The position numbers and the translations under genes were made by a program. This document shows, one piece after another, positions 31,929-40,894 of a DNA stretch of 64,000 bases. The notes beneath the pieces were generated by a model. That model saw only the letters and a program-made list of their open reading frames with translations, did no database searches and was not told where the DNA came from. How positions within the stretch are numbered: position 1 is the first letter of the stretch; each line of letters starts with the position of its first letter. This stretch comes from Trueperaceae bacterium. GTDB lineage: Bacteria; Deinococcota; Deinococci; Deinococcales; Trueperaceae. The stretch covers positions 672,001 to 736,000 of the forward strand of contig OZ243956.1 of assembly GCA_965214405.1 (NCBI GenBank), read 5' to 3'.

Positions 31929-33232
31929 GCCGCCACCCCGTAACGCTCCAACAGCATCGCGTGACCCAGCCCCCCCGCCGCGCAGGCGGTGACGAGGGCG
32001 TACCTTGCGTCCTCCTCCAAAAGCCGGTGCGCCGCCGTGGTGACGAGCCGCGCGCCCGTCGCGCCGAAGGGGTGCCCGAGCGACAAGGAGCCGCCCCAGG
32101 GGTTGATTTTGTCCATATTTACCTCGCCCACCTTATGCTCCCGCCCCAGCTTCTCTTTAGCAAAGGTGCCTGACTCGAGCGCCTTTAACACCGCCAGCAC
32201 CTGCCCCGCGAACGCCTCGTGGATTTCAATCACGCCGATGTCCCCAAGCGTCAGGCCCGCGCGCCCCAAGAGTTTGGGCACCGCGTAGGCCGGGCCGAGC
32301 AGCAGCTCCTCGCCGGGGTCCTGGGCGACAAAGGTGTAGTCGCGCAGGTAAGCCTTGGGCGTGTAGCCGAGCGCCAGGGCGCGTTCTTCGGACATTAGAA
32401 GCGTCGCGGCGGCCCCGTCGGTCAAGGGTGAGGCGTTGCCCGCGGTCACGGTGCCAAAAGGTTTGACAAAAACAGGGGGAAGGGACGCCAATTTTTCCAT
32501 TGAGCTTTCTCGAAAAGTGTTGTCTTGCGTCAAGGGCTCGAAATCGGGGGGCAAGACCGCGGGGGTGATTTCGTCTTCCAACGTCCCCTCCCGCGTCGCC
32601 TGGGCCGCCAAATGGTGCGAGCGCAGCGCGTACTCGTCTTGCTCGCGCCTCGAGACGCCAAAGGTGGCGGCGAGCTTGTCCGCGCTCTCCCCCATCGTCT
32701 CGCCCGTCGAATACTCGGCGATGGCGGGCGCGCGGGGCAGGAGGTCGCTCGGGGACATCCCGGCGACCAATTTTCGGTACTCGAGCGGCGACTTGTATTT
32801 GCGCGCCTCGAAGAGCCGCTTGCGCAGCTCCTTGGGGAACTGGAGCGGCACATCCGAAAGCGTCTCGGTCCCGCCCGCGATGACCACCTCCGCCTCGCCC
32901 GTACGGATGAGGTCGGCGGCCCCCGCGATGGCTTGGTTCGCCGAGATGCAGGCCATCGTCACCGTGTGTGCGGGGACGTGATGGGGCAGCCCCGCCCCCA
33001 GCGCCGCCTCGCGCGCCACGTTGCTCGTCGCGGCGTTCTGGACGACGGTACCTAGAATAACGCGCTCGACGCAGGAGGGCTCGAGCCCAGTGCGCGTCAG
33101 CAGACCCTTGAGGACGGTGCGCGCCAGGTCGTAGGCGATGAGGTCGGTGTAGTCCGTGCCCGAGCGCCGGAAGGGGACGCGGCAGCCGTCGACGAGCACA
33201 GGGGTGCGGTTTTTTGGACTCGGTTCAATCAT
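31925..33232 (-). CDS. fadI: 3-ketoacyl-CoA thiolase
   Basis: MACIS, HEAFA, GHPFGATG and CAAGG motifs. Confidence 0.9.
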   Translation of the reverse strand: MIEPSPKNRTPVLVDGCRVPFRRSGTDYTDLIAYDLARTVLKGLLTRTGLEPSCVERVILGTVVQNAATSNVAREAALGAGLPHHVPAHTVTMACISANQAIAGAADLIRTGEAEVVIAGGTETLSDVPLQFPKELRKRLFEARKYKSPLEYRKLVAGMSPSDLLPRAPAIAEYSTGETMGESADKLAATFGVSRREQDEYALRSHHLAAQATREGTLEDEITPAVLPPDFEPLTQDNTFRESSMEKLASLPPVFVKPFGTVTAGNASPLTDGAAATLLMSEERALALGYTPKAYLRDYTFVAQDPGEELLLGPAYAVPKLLGRAGLTLGDIGVIEIHEAFAGQVLAVLKALESGTFAKEKLGREHKVGEVNMDKINPWGGSLSLGHPFGATGARLVTTAAHRLLEEDARYALVTACAAGGLGHAMLLERYGVAA

Positions 33233-33332
33233 GCTTTAGTGTAGTACGTTTTGGGGGATGGGGCGGTTTGTCGGGGGAACGCCGCCCCAGGGCGAGCGCG
33301 TCGGCTACGCGTTCACCCCCCAACGAACAGGG

Positions 33333-33370
33333 CCAACGACAGGACCAACGACAGGACCAACGACAGGACC
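33333..33370. repeat. 12-bp tandem repeat (CCAACGACAGGA) x3, ending next to CTCGAG
   Basis: Read directly from the sequence. Confidence 0.8.
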
Positions 33371-33495
33371 GCTCGAGGGGGTGAACGACCGACGGCGTGA
33401 GGCGCTATGAGGTGCCGCCGCCGCCGCGGGTTCGAAACGGCTCGAGCCAACGCAAAGGGGTTAAAGTAAATAGCGCAAGGGGTTAAAATAAAGAT

Positions 33496-33954
33496 GTGGA
33501 GAATGCGCCCGCTTCCGACCGTCACAGGTTTGAGCACCTGACGACGGTCGGGCCGGAGGACATCGACGAACTCGAGCACGTCAACAACGCCGTCTATTTG
33601 CAGTACGTCGAGGCGGTGGGTCGGGCGCACGCTGAACACTTCGGGCTGACGTTGGAGGGGTTTAGGGCCTGCGGCGTCGTTCCCGTTATCCGTCGCCACG
33701 TCGTGACCTATCACCGCCCCGCCCTCCTGGGCGACACGCTGCGCGTGAGCACGCGCGTCACCCAGATGGATGGTCCCAGGGCGGAAAGGCATAATCAGGT
33801 GCGGCGCGCGGACACGAACGCGCTCCTGGTCGACGTGGTGACGCAGTGGGTTTGGCTCGACCCCGTCAGCGGGCGGCCCAAACGCGTCCCGCGCGCCGTG
33901 CAGGAGGCGTTCGGATTTTTAGCGGAGGATCAAGATAAAGAAGCTGGAACATAG
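33496..33954 (+). CDS. Acyl-CoA thioesterase
   Basis: DIDELEHVNNAVY motif. Confidence 0.88.
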   Translation: MENAPASDRHRFEHLTTVGPEDIDELEHVNNAVYLQYVEAVGRAHAEHFGLTLEGFRACGVVPVIRRHVVTYHRPALLGDTLRVSTRVTQMDGPRAERHNQVRRADTNALLVDVVTQWVWLDPVSGRPKRVPRAVQEAFGFLAEDQDKEAGT

Positions 33955-34136
33955 CCTATAAAAGGTAAATTTTTCATCTCGGTTCTAGTGACACTTGCTA
34001 TTCACAAAAGGCCCTTGACGTTGCAACAAACGCAACAAGGCCACACTTCGCAACCTCCTTACTTCCGCCTTCTCCTTGCTTCTCTCGTCCAGCGCCCCAA
34101 AAACCCGCTCGGCTGGCTCTTAAAGGTCAACAGACT

Positions 34137-35399
34137 TTAGTCGAGGTGGTAGAGGCCGGTCCAGCGGCGGTCGAGACGGTGCTTGAGCCACAGCAGCGCG
34201 CGGCCCCGCAGCCACAGAGTCGGGCCTAAAGCGAGCATCGCTTCGGGCGCGCCCGTCGAGAGGAGGTAGGGCGACACCGGGTGGGGGCGAAAAGGCTCGA
34301 GCCGCACTCTCTCGAGCCGCCTGCCCCGCCCCGCGGCCCGCACAAGGCGGTCTAGGTTGTCGCGCAGCACTAGCCCCTCGCGCACCGCGTTGACGCCCGA
34401 ACGGTTAAGGTCAAGACCCTCGACCGCGGCGCAGTCCCCGGCGGCGAACAGCCACGGGGCCGCGACGGAGCGCAGATCGCGCCCCACGCGCATATAACCC
34501 TCCTCGGTGACCGGCAGCCCCGCCTCGCGGAAGAGCGGCTGTCCGGCGGTGCCGGTGGCCCAGAGGACGAGGTCGGCGGGGAGGCGTGCGCCACGCTCGA
34601 GGACCACACAGTGTGTTGCAGATTGTTGTGAAGAGTGGCCCGCACAGTATCCTGCATTGTCTTTTACACCGGCTTCTACACTGGCTTCTACACCGGCTTC
34701 TACAGAAGTTTTCTCGACGCACGCGACCTTTTCTCCCAGACGCAGCGCCACCCCGCGCGCCCGCAGCATCCTTTCGGCCCGCCGCCCCAGTCCCGGCCCA
34801 AACTGCGGTGTGAGGCGGTCTTCAGGATGAATGAGGATGAGGCGCAGGGCGTCGGGACGCGCGCTCCGCCGGAGGCGCGCGCTCAGGTTGAGCGTCACCT
34901 CCGTGCCCGCCGGGCCGCCGCCCACGACCACCAACGTGCGCCGGGGTTGAGGCCGGGAGAGCACCCCCTCGAGCCATCCCCCAAGCTCCTCGATGTGACG
35001 CAGGGGCTTGGTGAGCACCGCGTCGCCCGCTTTACGCTGTAGAGGGTTGGTGGCGCCCACGTTGAACACGGCGAGGTCGCAGGGCAGCGCGAAACCGCTC
35101 TCTGTACGAAGCACGCGCCGGGCGACGTTTAAGCTCGAGACGGGCGAACACACGAAGCGAACGCCGTTTTTGCGGCACCAGCCCGCCAGGTCGATACGCA
35201 CCTCGTCAAGCCGGTATCTGCCGCCGACGTACTCGGGCGTCATCCCCGAATAGAAGAGGTAGGGCGCGTCATTAACAAGCGTAACCTGGACGCCTCGGCG
35301 GGTCCAGCGCCCCGCCGCCTTGAGCACGGCGACGTTCGCGTGGCCCCCGCCGACGAGCAGCAGGCGCAGGGGTCCGGTACCGGGTACGGTGTCGGGCGT
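34137..35399 (-). CDS. FAD-dependent pyridine nucleotide-disulfide oxidoreductase (SelD N-terminal-like); no canonical start codon
   Basis: LLLVGGGHA lies upstream of the tracked GTG; YSGM.P, VVGGGPAG.E and FAAGDCA motifs; ACG at 35399. Confidence 0.75.
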   Translation of the reverse strand, partial: TPDTVPGTGPLRLLLVGGGHANVAVLKAAGRWTRRGVQVTLVNDAPYLFYSGMTPEYVGGRYRLDEVRIDLAGWCRKNGVRFVCSPVSSLNVARRVLRTESGFALPCDLAVFNVGATNPLQRKAGDAVLTKPLRHIEELGGWLEGVLSRPQPRRTLVVVGGGPAGTEVTLNLSARLRRSARPDALRLILIHPEDRLTPQFGPGLGRRAERMLRARGVALRLGEKVACVEKTSVEAGVEASVEAGVKDNAGYCAGHSSQQSATHCVVLERGARLPADLVLWATGTAGQPLFREAGLPVTEEGYMRVGRDLRSVAAPWLFAAGDCAAVEGLDLNRSGVNAVREGLVLRDNLDRLVRAAGRGRRLERVRLEPFRPHPVSPYLLSTGAPEAMLALGPTLWLRGRALLWLKHRLDRRWTGLYHLD

Positions 35400-35402
35400 G
35401 AG

Positions 35403-35906
35403 CTACCCGCGCCCGCGCAACTCGCGGACGGCGCGCAAAGCCTCGGGCACCGCGAGCGCCGCCGACGCTGCCGAGGCGAGCGTGGCGACCTGGCAATACT
35501 GGCACAAGGCTTTGTTGTCGCGCCACTCCTCGCGGGCCAGCTCGAGCGCGTTCAGCGTGTCGTACGCTGTCTTAAATCCCATTGCGAGGGGCACGAGCGG
35601 AAGCTGCCGCGCCCGGTCCTCGCCGCCCGCCCCGGCCAGCCAGGCCGTCACCGCGTAGGTCGTCACCATCGCCAGCCCGTCGGGTGACTCGAAGCGGCTA
35701 TAGGCGTAATCCGACGCGTCCACCCTGGTCGCGTTAAAGGGTCCCTCGGGCGGGTCGGGCAAACGCGAGACAATGCCCATCTGGTAGAGCGAAACAAGCT
35801 GCCCCATCGCGGCCCCCAGCAAACTCAGGCCGACAATCCAGCGGCGGCGCTTGAGGTCGGGCGTGCGACCTTTACGGAGTTCGTAACTCAGTCTTGTTGG
35901 ATTCAT
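35403..35906 (-). CDS. Vitamin K epoxide reductase (VKOR)-family membrane protein
   Basis: VDASDYA..F..PD and LCQYC motifs; GGGAGG RBS. Confidence 0.8.
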   Translation of the reverse strand: MNPTRLSYELRKGRTPDLKRRRWIVGLSLLGAAMGQLVSLYQMGIVSRLPDPPEGPFNATRVDASDYAYSRFESPDGLAMVTTYAVTAWLAGAGGEDRARQLPLVPLAMGFKTAYDTLNALELAREEWRDNKALCQYCQVATLASAASAALAVPEALRAVRELRGRG

Positions 35907-36239
35907 GTGCTTGCCTCCCCTTGTAATGTTGATACCCACTGAACCTGCGCTTATTCGCCACCCAGAGGGCTCGAGCAAAAAAACGCACGTCACGCACCGG
36001 CAAAAAGGTTGAGCGAAAACGAACATACGTAACCAGCCACACCCCCAGCCCCTGTGTCTACAAATTAAACTTGGACGCCCCAAAAGACCGCGCCCCGTCT
36101 CGCAATCGGGCCGCCGCGCGGTGTAGGGCAACCCTCCGCCCTCTCGCCTCCGGCTTTCACGTCTGCTCTTCGCACCTGCCCCACCCCCGCGAACGCGGAT
36201 GTAACATTTTTACCCGCCCATCTCGCGTACACTGGGAGG

Positions 36240-37688
36240 ATGAAAAGGGAACGGTGGGAGACGGCCCCGAGAACATCCCGACCCCTCATCCTGTGCGCGC
36301 TGTATGTGGTGCTGTCCGTGAGCGCGTCTTTGCTGGGACAGGCGGCGGCGCAGCTTTCGCCCGAGGCGCAAGAGGCGCTCAACCGGGCGACGGTCCTCGC
36401 CAGCCGGGCGCAGACGACCTACCAGAACACCGTCAACAACATCGACCAGCCCCTCTGGCGCGACGCCATCACGGCGGGGGAAGAGGCTCTGGACCGTGCG
36501 CCCGAAGCGCCCGAGCCGCTACGTTTTTTGGCGCAGAGCTACGCGGCGGTCGGTTGGGACATTCGCGCGTGGGGTTTTTGGCTCCGCTACTTAGACGCGG
36601 GCGGCGCGCTCGACGCGAGCGTGCGGGAGGGGCTCGGCGCGGTCGGCAACCGGCTCGGCTACGCCCGTTACAGCGCAGGTGATTTGGCGGGCGCGCTCGA
36701 GTATTACAGGGGCGTGAACGCGCGCGTGCCGGGCGACCGCGAGGCCAACCTGTGGCTGGGCCGCATCTTTTTTGAACTTGGTCAGCCAGAGGACGCCCTC
36801 CCCTACTGGCAACAGCTCGTCGAGGCCTCCCCCGACGACCAGGGTGCGCGTTATTATCTAGGGCGAACTCAGCAGCAACTCGCGTTCGGTGTAGAAGCCA
36901 GCAACGCGTTTCAGCAGGGCGTTACGCTTTACGAAAGCGGCAGGCTCGAGGAGGCGCTGACAAACTTTCGCGCGGCGTATGGGGCCAACCCCGCATTTAC
37001 CGACGCCCTGGTGTGGACGGGGCGCACGGCGCTGGAGTTGGGTCACTCGGACGAGGCCAAGGCGGCCTGGGAGGGGGTCTTGGCGCGCAACCCGGACGAC
37101 GCCAGGGCGCGCTACTTCTTGAGCGTCGCCGAGGACCAGCTCACCTGGGGCGCGGAGGCGGTGGGGGCGTTCGAGGCGGGGATGGCGCGGTATAACGCGG
37201 GCGACTTCAGAGCCGCCGCCGACCTTTTTGCGGGGGCTTTAGAAGCCAATCCCGACTACAAAGACGCGGCGGTGTGGGCCGCGCGCTCTTTTCAGGAGTC
37301 CGAGCAGGCGCAGCAGGCCGTGGCCTACTGGAGAAGAGCCCAGGCGCTGGACCCTGACGACACGCGCATCCCCTACTTTCTGGGCCTCGCCCGCGACCAG
37401 GCGCGCTTTGGCGCGGCGGCCGCGAGCAGCTTTTCTCAGGGTTTGTCGAGCTACCAACTCGCCGACTACGTCGACGCCAAGGCGGCTTTTCAGAGGGCCA
37501 CTGAGGCCAACCCCGACTACGCCGACGCCTGGGGCTGGCTGGGCCGTATTTATTTTGAGGGGGCGGAGTACAGGGCGGCGGCCAACGCTTACGGGCGCGC
37601 GGTGGCGCTCGAGCCCGACAACGACTCCTACACCTTTTTCGCCGAGGAGGCCGCGCGCTTGGCCGCCGAGGCGCAAGGGGATGGTTAG
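36240..37688 (+). CDS. Secreted tetratricopeptide-repeat protein
   Basis: Signal peptide followed by repeated TPR consensus. Confidence 0.85.
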   Translation: MKRERWETAPRTSRPLILCALYVVLSVSASLLGQAAAQLSPEAQEALNRATVLASRAQTTYQNTVNNIDQPLWRDAITAGEEALDRAPEAPEPLRFLAQSYAAVGWDIRAWGFWLRYLDAGGALDASVREGLGAVGNRLGYARYSAGDLAGALEYYRGVNARVPGDREANLWLGRIFFELGQPEDALPYWQQLVEASPDDQGARYYLGRTQQQLAFGVEASNAFQQGVTLYESGRLEEALTNFRAAYGANPAFTDALVWTGRTALELGHSDEAKAAWEGVLARNPDDARARYFLSVAEDQLTWGAEAVGAFEAGMARYNAGDFRAAADLFAGALEANPDYKDAAVWAARSFQESEQAQQAVAYWRRAQALDPDDTRIPYFLGLARDQARFGAAAASSFSQGLSSYQLADYVDAKAAFQRATEANPDYADAWGWLGRIYFEGAEYRAAANAYGRAVALEPDNDSYTFFAEEAARLAAEAQGDG

Positions 37689-37772
37689 AAAACGGTGAGG
37701 CCAAGCGACGAGGCCAAGCGACAACGTTAAACCCTCCACAGTGTTTCCCTGTCTCCTGCGCTAAACTTCGTC

Positions 37773-39113
37773 ATGTTCCCCAAAACGTTTTGCCGGTCGC
37801 TCCTCGCGCTGCTCGCTTCTTTTCTGCTGGCAGGCGCGTTCGCTCAGGGTTCGCCGCGAGGTGGAGTGTACGGCGAACTGCGCGGCGAGCTGTGGGCCAC
37901 GCAGAAGGGCCGTGAAGTCGTTTTTGAGGCTCTGGTCGATATTTTCAAAGACAACTATTGGAACGAGGCGTTTACAGACTGGGACGCGTGGGCTGAAGGC
38001 TACCGCGACGAGGCGCTAAACGCGCCCACACGCGCCGCCTTTGACGCGGCGGTCGGACGGATGGTGGTCGCGCTTGACGACCATCACTCGAGCTGGATTG
38101 GCCTCGTTGATAACGTGGATGAGGGGGCGGGCGGCGAGGTTTCTCGAGGCAGGGCGTCACCGGGTCTGGGCATCGTCCACGAGTATCTGCCCGGCAGCGG
38201 CGTCGTGGTGAGGCGCGTGTACCCGCAAACGCCAGCGGCGGCTCTTCTGCAACGGGGCGACGTTATCAAAAATGTGAACGCTCACGACGTACGCGACGCC
38301 AACGCTTACGACGTGAGCGCCGCGTTTCGCGCCGCCGTCGCCACAGGCGAGGTGAGGCTGGAGGTGCAACGCAAACGCGAGAATCTTCAGGTCACTCTCG
38401 TACCCGCGCCCGTCCGCTGGGCCGAGGTGCAGGGGCTGCCGCAGGCCGAAATGCTCGACGCGACCACGGGCTATCTCTATATGCCCACCTTCAACACGCC
38501 CCGCGTGGCCGAGGAGGTCCACCGGCTGCTCACTGATCTAGAGGCGCAGGGCGCGCAGTCGCTCGTGCTCGACTTGCGCGGCAATTTGGGCGGGCGCTTG
38601 AGCGAGTTGGGGCTCGTGCTGGGCGCGTTCGTCGAGGGTCCCTGGGCGCAGGCGGTGAGCCGGGAGGAGGTGGTCTGGCGGAGTTCGTACGAGCTCGAGG
38701 ACGGCGCGGGACACAGTTTTTTAGAGGGCAGAAACGTGTTTAACGACGAGGTGCTCGAGCACCCCGCCAGCTTCGGGGGTGCCTTGGTCGTTCTGGTTGA
38801 CCACACCAACTCGTCCGCGGGCGAAATCGCCGCGCTGGTGCTCCAAAATTTAGGCCGCGCGACCGTCATCGGCGAGGCCACCGAGGGCAACGTGGAGGCG
38901 GTGCGCGGCTTTAGGCTACCCGACGGCTCTTTGGTCATGGTCGCGGTCGCCAACATGCAGAGCGCTTCCGGCGAAACCTTTGACGGCGGCGTGGTGCCCG
39001 ACGTCGAGGCGCGCGAGACGCTGGAGGAACTCGCCAGGGGCTTCGACGCTCCCGTCGCCGAGGCGCTGCGGGCGCTTAAGAGGCTGCCCTTTACGCCGGG
39101 GAGGTTCTTTTAG
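37773..39113 (+). CDS. S41 family C-terminal processing peptidase with PDZ domain
   Basis: LVLDLRGNLGG, SSAGE and GVVPDV motifs; signal peptide. Confidence 0.88.
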   Translation: MFPKTFCRSLLALLASFLLAGAFAQGSPRGGVYGELRGELWATQKGREVVFEALVDIFKDNYWNEAFTDWDAWAEGYRDEALNAPTRAAFDAAVGRMVVALDDHHSSWIGLVDNVDEGAGGEVSRGRASPGLGIVHEYLPGSGVVVRRVYPQTPAAALLQRGDVIKNVNAHDVRDANAYDVSAAFRAAVATGEVRLEVQRKRENLQVTLVPAPVRWAEVQGLPQAEMLDATTGYLYMPTFNTPRVAEEVHRLLTDLEAQGAQSLVLDLRGNLGGRLSELGLVLGAFVEGPWAQAVSREEVVWRSSYELEDGAGHSFLEGRNVFNDEVLEHPASFGGALVVLVDHTNSSAGEIAALVLQNLGRATVIGEATEGNVEAVRGFRLPDGSLVMVAVANMQSASGETFDGGVVPDVEARETLEELARGFDAPVAEALRALKRLPFTPGRFF

Positions 39114-39165
39114 CTCTTGCGTAACGGTTTTTAGCCCCACTTAGACATCAGTGGTATAGTTGTTT

Positions 39166-39414
39166 ATGCCAACGACCTATCGCGCTCTACTTAAGGGTGA
39201 CCAGCTCGAGTGGCAGGACGAAGCGCCCGCACAGGCGCAGGGGCAAGCCGTGCTGGTTCAGGTAACTCTGCTTGGGAGAGACACGACGGTTCAGGGGGAA
39301 CGGATGGCGGCGGCTTTGGAAAAACTCGCTGCCTTGCGAACCTTTGCCGATGAAGATGACCCGGCGGCCTGGGAACGGAATGGACGGCAAGAGCGCACTT
39401 TACCCGGTAGATAG
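39166..39414 (+). CDS. Putative antitoxin
   Basis: Small gene coupled to the PIN toxin; DPAAWE...ERTLPGR ending; TATAGT before ATG. Confidence 0.7.
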   Translation: MPTTYRALLKGDQLEWQDEAPAQAQGQAVLVQVTLLGRDTTVQGERMAAALEKLAALRTFADEDDPAAWERNGRQERTLPGR

Positions 39415-39788
39415 TGCTCATCGACAGCAACATCATTATTTATGCCTCACACCCCCAAAACGCTTGGCTGCGACAGTTTATCGCTCAACATGCTCCGGCG
39501 GTGTCAGCAATAAGCTACGTTGAAGTTCTCGGCTATCATAGCCTTACCGAAGAGGACAAAACGCTTCTCGAGACCTTTTTCGACGCCGCCACCTTGCTGC
39601 CTATCGGCGCGCGCGTTCTCGAGCAAGCGGCGAAGCTCCGTCAGGTGCGTAAAATGACCTTGGGAGACGCTCTCGTTGCCGCCACAGCTTTGGTTCACGG
39701 GCGCACGTTGGTAACACGTAACACGGGAGACTTCGCCTGGATTCCCGGCTTGAAACTTCTGAATCCCTTCAGCGAAACTGCAGGTTGA
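39414..39788 (+). CDS. VapC PIN-domain toxin
   Basis: LIDSNIIIY, DALVAATAL and LVTRNTGDF motifs. Confidence 0.92.
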   Translation: MLIDSNIIIYASHPQNAWLRQFIAQHAPAVSAISYVEVLGYHSLTEEDKTLLETFFDAATLLPIGARVLEQAAKLRQVRKMTLGDALVAATALVHGRTLVTRNTGDFAWIPGLKLLNPFSETAG

Positions 39789-39797
39789 ATTTTGGTG

Positions 39798-39866
39798 CTC
39801 GAGTCCCTGCTACCCGAGCTGCTGGCCGCGCTCGAGCGCAGCGAGATGTTACTGGAAGTTTCCTGA
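39798..39866 (+). pseudogene. C-terminal gene remnant, possibly DUF5615-like, starting at CTCGAG
   Basis: Reads LESLLPELLAALERSEMLLEVS* with host-like codons. Confidence 0.4.
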
Positions 39867-39906
39867 AAATCCGAACGATTTTCAGTTTCCCCACCTTTAA
39901 TGGTTA

Positions 39907-40227
39907 TCAATTGCCAAACAATCCGTCCCGTTCTTCTTCTTCATAGAGTCGTTCTACAATGAATTGTTTGATGAGATTCTTGTAATCTACACCCTTGAGT
40001 TCTTCCTGACGCCGCAACCTGTCCTTTACACCTTTATCTAGCCAGATGGTTACTTGCTTTAAGTCTCTCGGTCTGGGAGGTGGAATACTCGCAGGACCTT
40101 TCCTTAGTAAACGGTAGGAAAGCTCACCTCCTAAAGCGTGTGTCATCCGGAACTCGCGCTCCTCCTCGTCGTTCTCGAATTTAGGCACTTCCTTCAAGCT
40201 CGTAATTATCTTCAGCGGTTTTTCCAT
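39907..40227 (-). CDS. CopG/BrnA-like antitoxin, possibly degenerating
   Basis: VPKFENDEEEREF..TH, KQVTI.L and KGVDYKNLIK motifs. Confidence 0.72.
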   Translation of the reverse strand: MEKPLKIITSLKEVPKFENDEEEREFRMTHALGGELSYRLLRKGPASIPPPRPRDLKQVTIWLDKGVKDRLRRQEELKGVDYKNLIKQFIVERLYEEEERDGLFGN

Positions 40228-40243
40228 AACCCCTCTAGCTTTA

Positions 40244-40300
40244 CTAATTCCGTTGGTTGTAGAGACGCCTTTGAGTCTGGTTTACCTTTGTCACAGGGAG
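40244..40300 (-). pseudogene. Possible BrnT toxin C-terminal remnant
   Basis: Reads ...VTKVNQTQRRLYNQRN* directly upstream of the antitoxin. Confidence 0.4.
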
Positions 40301-40350
40301 TGGTCAAATCCTTTGTTGCGTTGCTTGAGTCAAGCCTAAGCTATAGCTTT

Positions 40351-40752
40351 TTACTCCTCGCCTTTTGCTTGGATGTTTTTGACTTTTTCTCTGTAGCGCT
40401 CATCAAGTTCTTCCTCTTTCTTTAGCAATTCCAAACACCCATGCGTGTTGAGGAGGTTCCTCACCTCCTCGATGCTTTCATTTTTGACTTCAACCCGGTC
40501 ATGACTTTGAAATTCAGGAGGAGTAAGAACACCGAGAACCGTGCTCATTACGTCAAGGTAGTGTCTGCCAGTAAGATACCCCAATGCTTTGGCTATGTTT
40601 CGTAAGGACATCTCTTCATGCAACACGATGATAAGCGGTGCGAGGTCACCTTCCGGAATACCTTCTGGAAAAGCGTTTTCAAGCATCGCGTGCGTTTCTT
40701 TCAGGTATGCAGGAAGCTCGGTAGTTTGTTCAAATTTTGACTCGTCATCCAT
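40351..40752 (-). CDS. AT-rich orphan protein, DUF3349-like (AFPEGIP motif)
   Basis: AAGGTG RBS before ATG; similar to 4181..4504. Confidence 0.65.
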   Translation of the reverse strand: MDDESKFEQTTELPAYLKETHAMLENAFPEGIPEGDLAPLIIVLHEEMSLRNIAKALGYLTGRHYLDVMSTVLGVLTPPEFQSHDRVEVKNESIEEVRNLLNTHGCLELLKKEEELDERYREKVKNIQAKGEE

Positions 40753-40894
40753 CTGATTCACCTTGTGCAGAATCGAAAAGCTTGGAAAGCACTGATACAA
40801 ACATTTGTACCAAATGGGCCTATAATCCCCTTGTGAATGTTGGCACAAGAGATAATGCGGTTGAGGTTCGGGGTTGGGTTTAGAGGAGGATAAG

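Noticed and set aside
35403..35405. Selenocysteine or pyrrolysine recoding
   Set aside because: The codon is TAG, not TGA; no pyl or sel genes are in the window; an ATG-to-ACG change is simpler.
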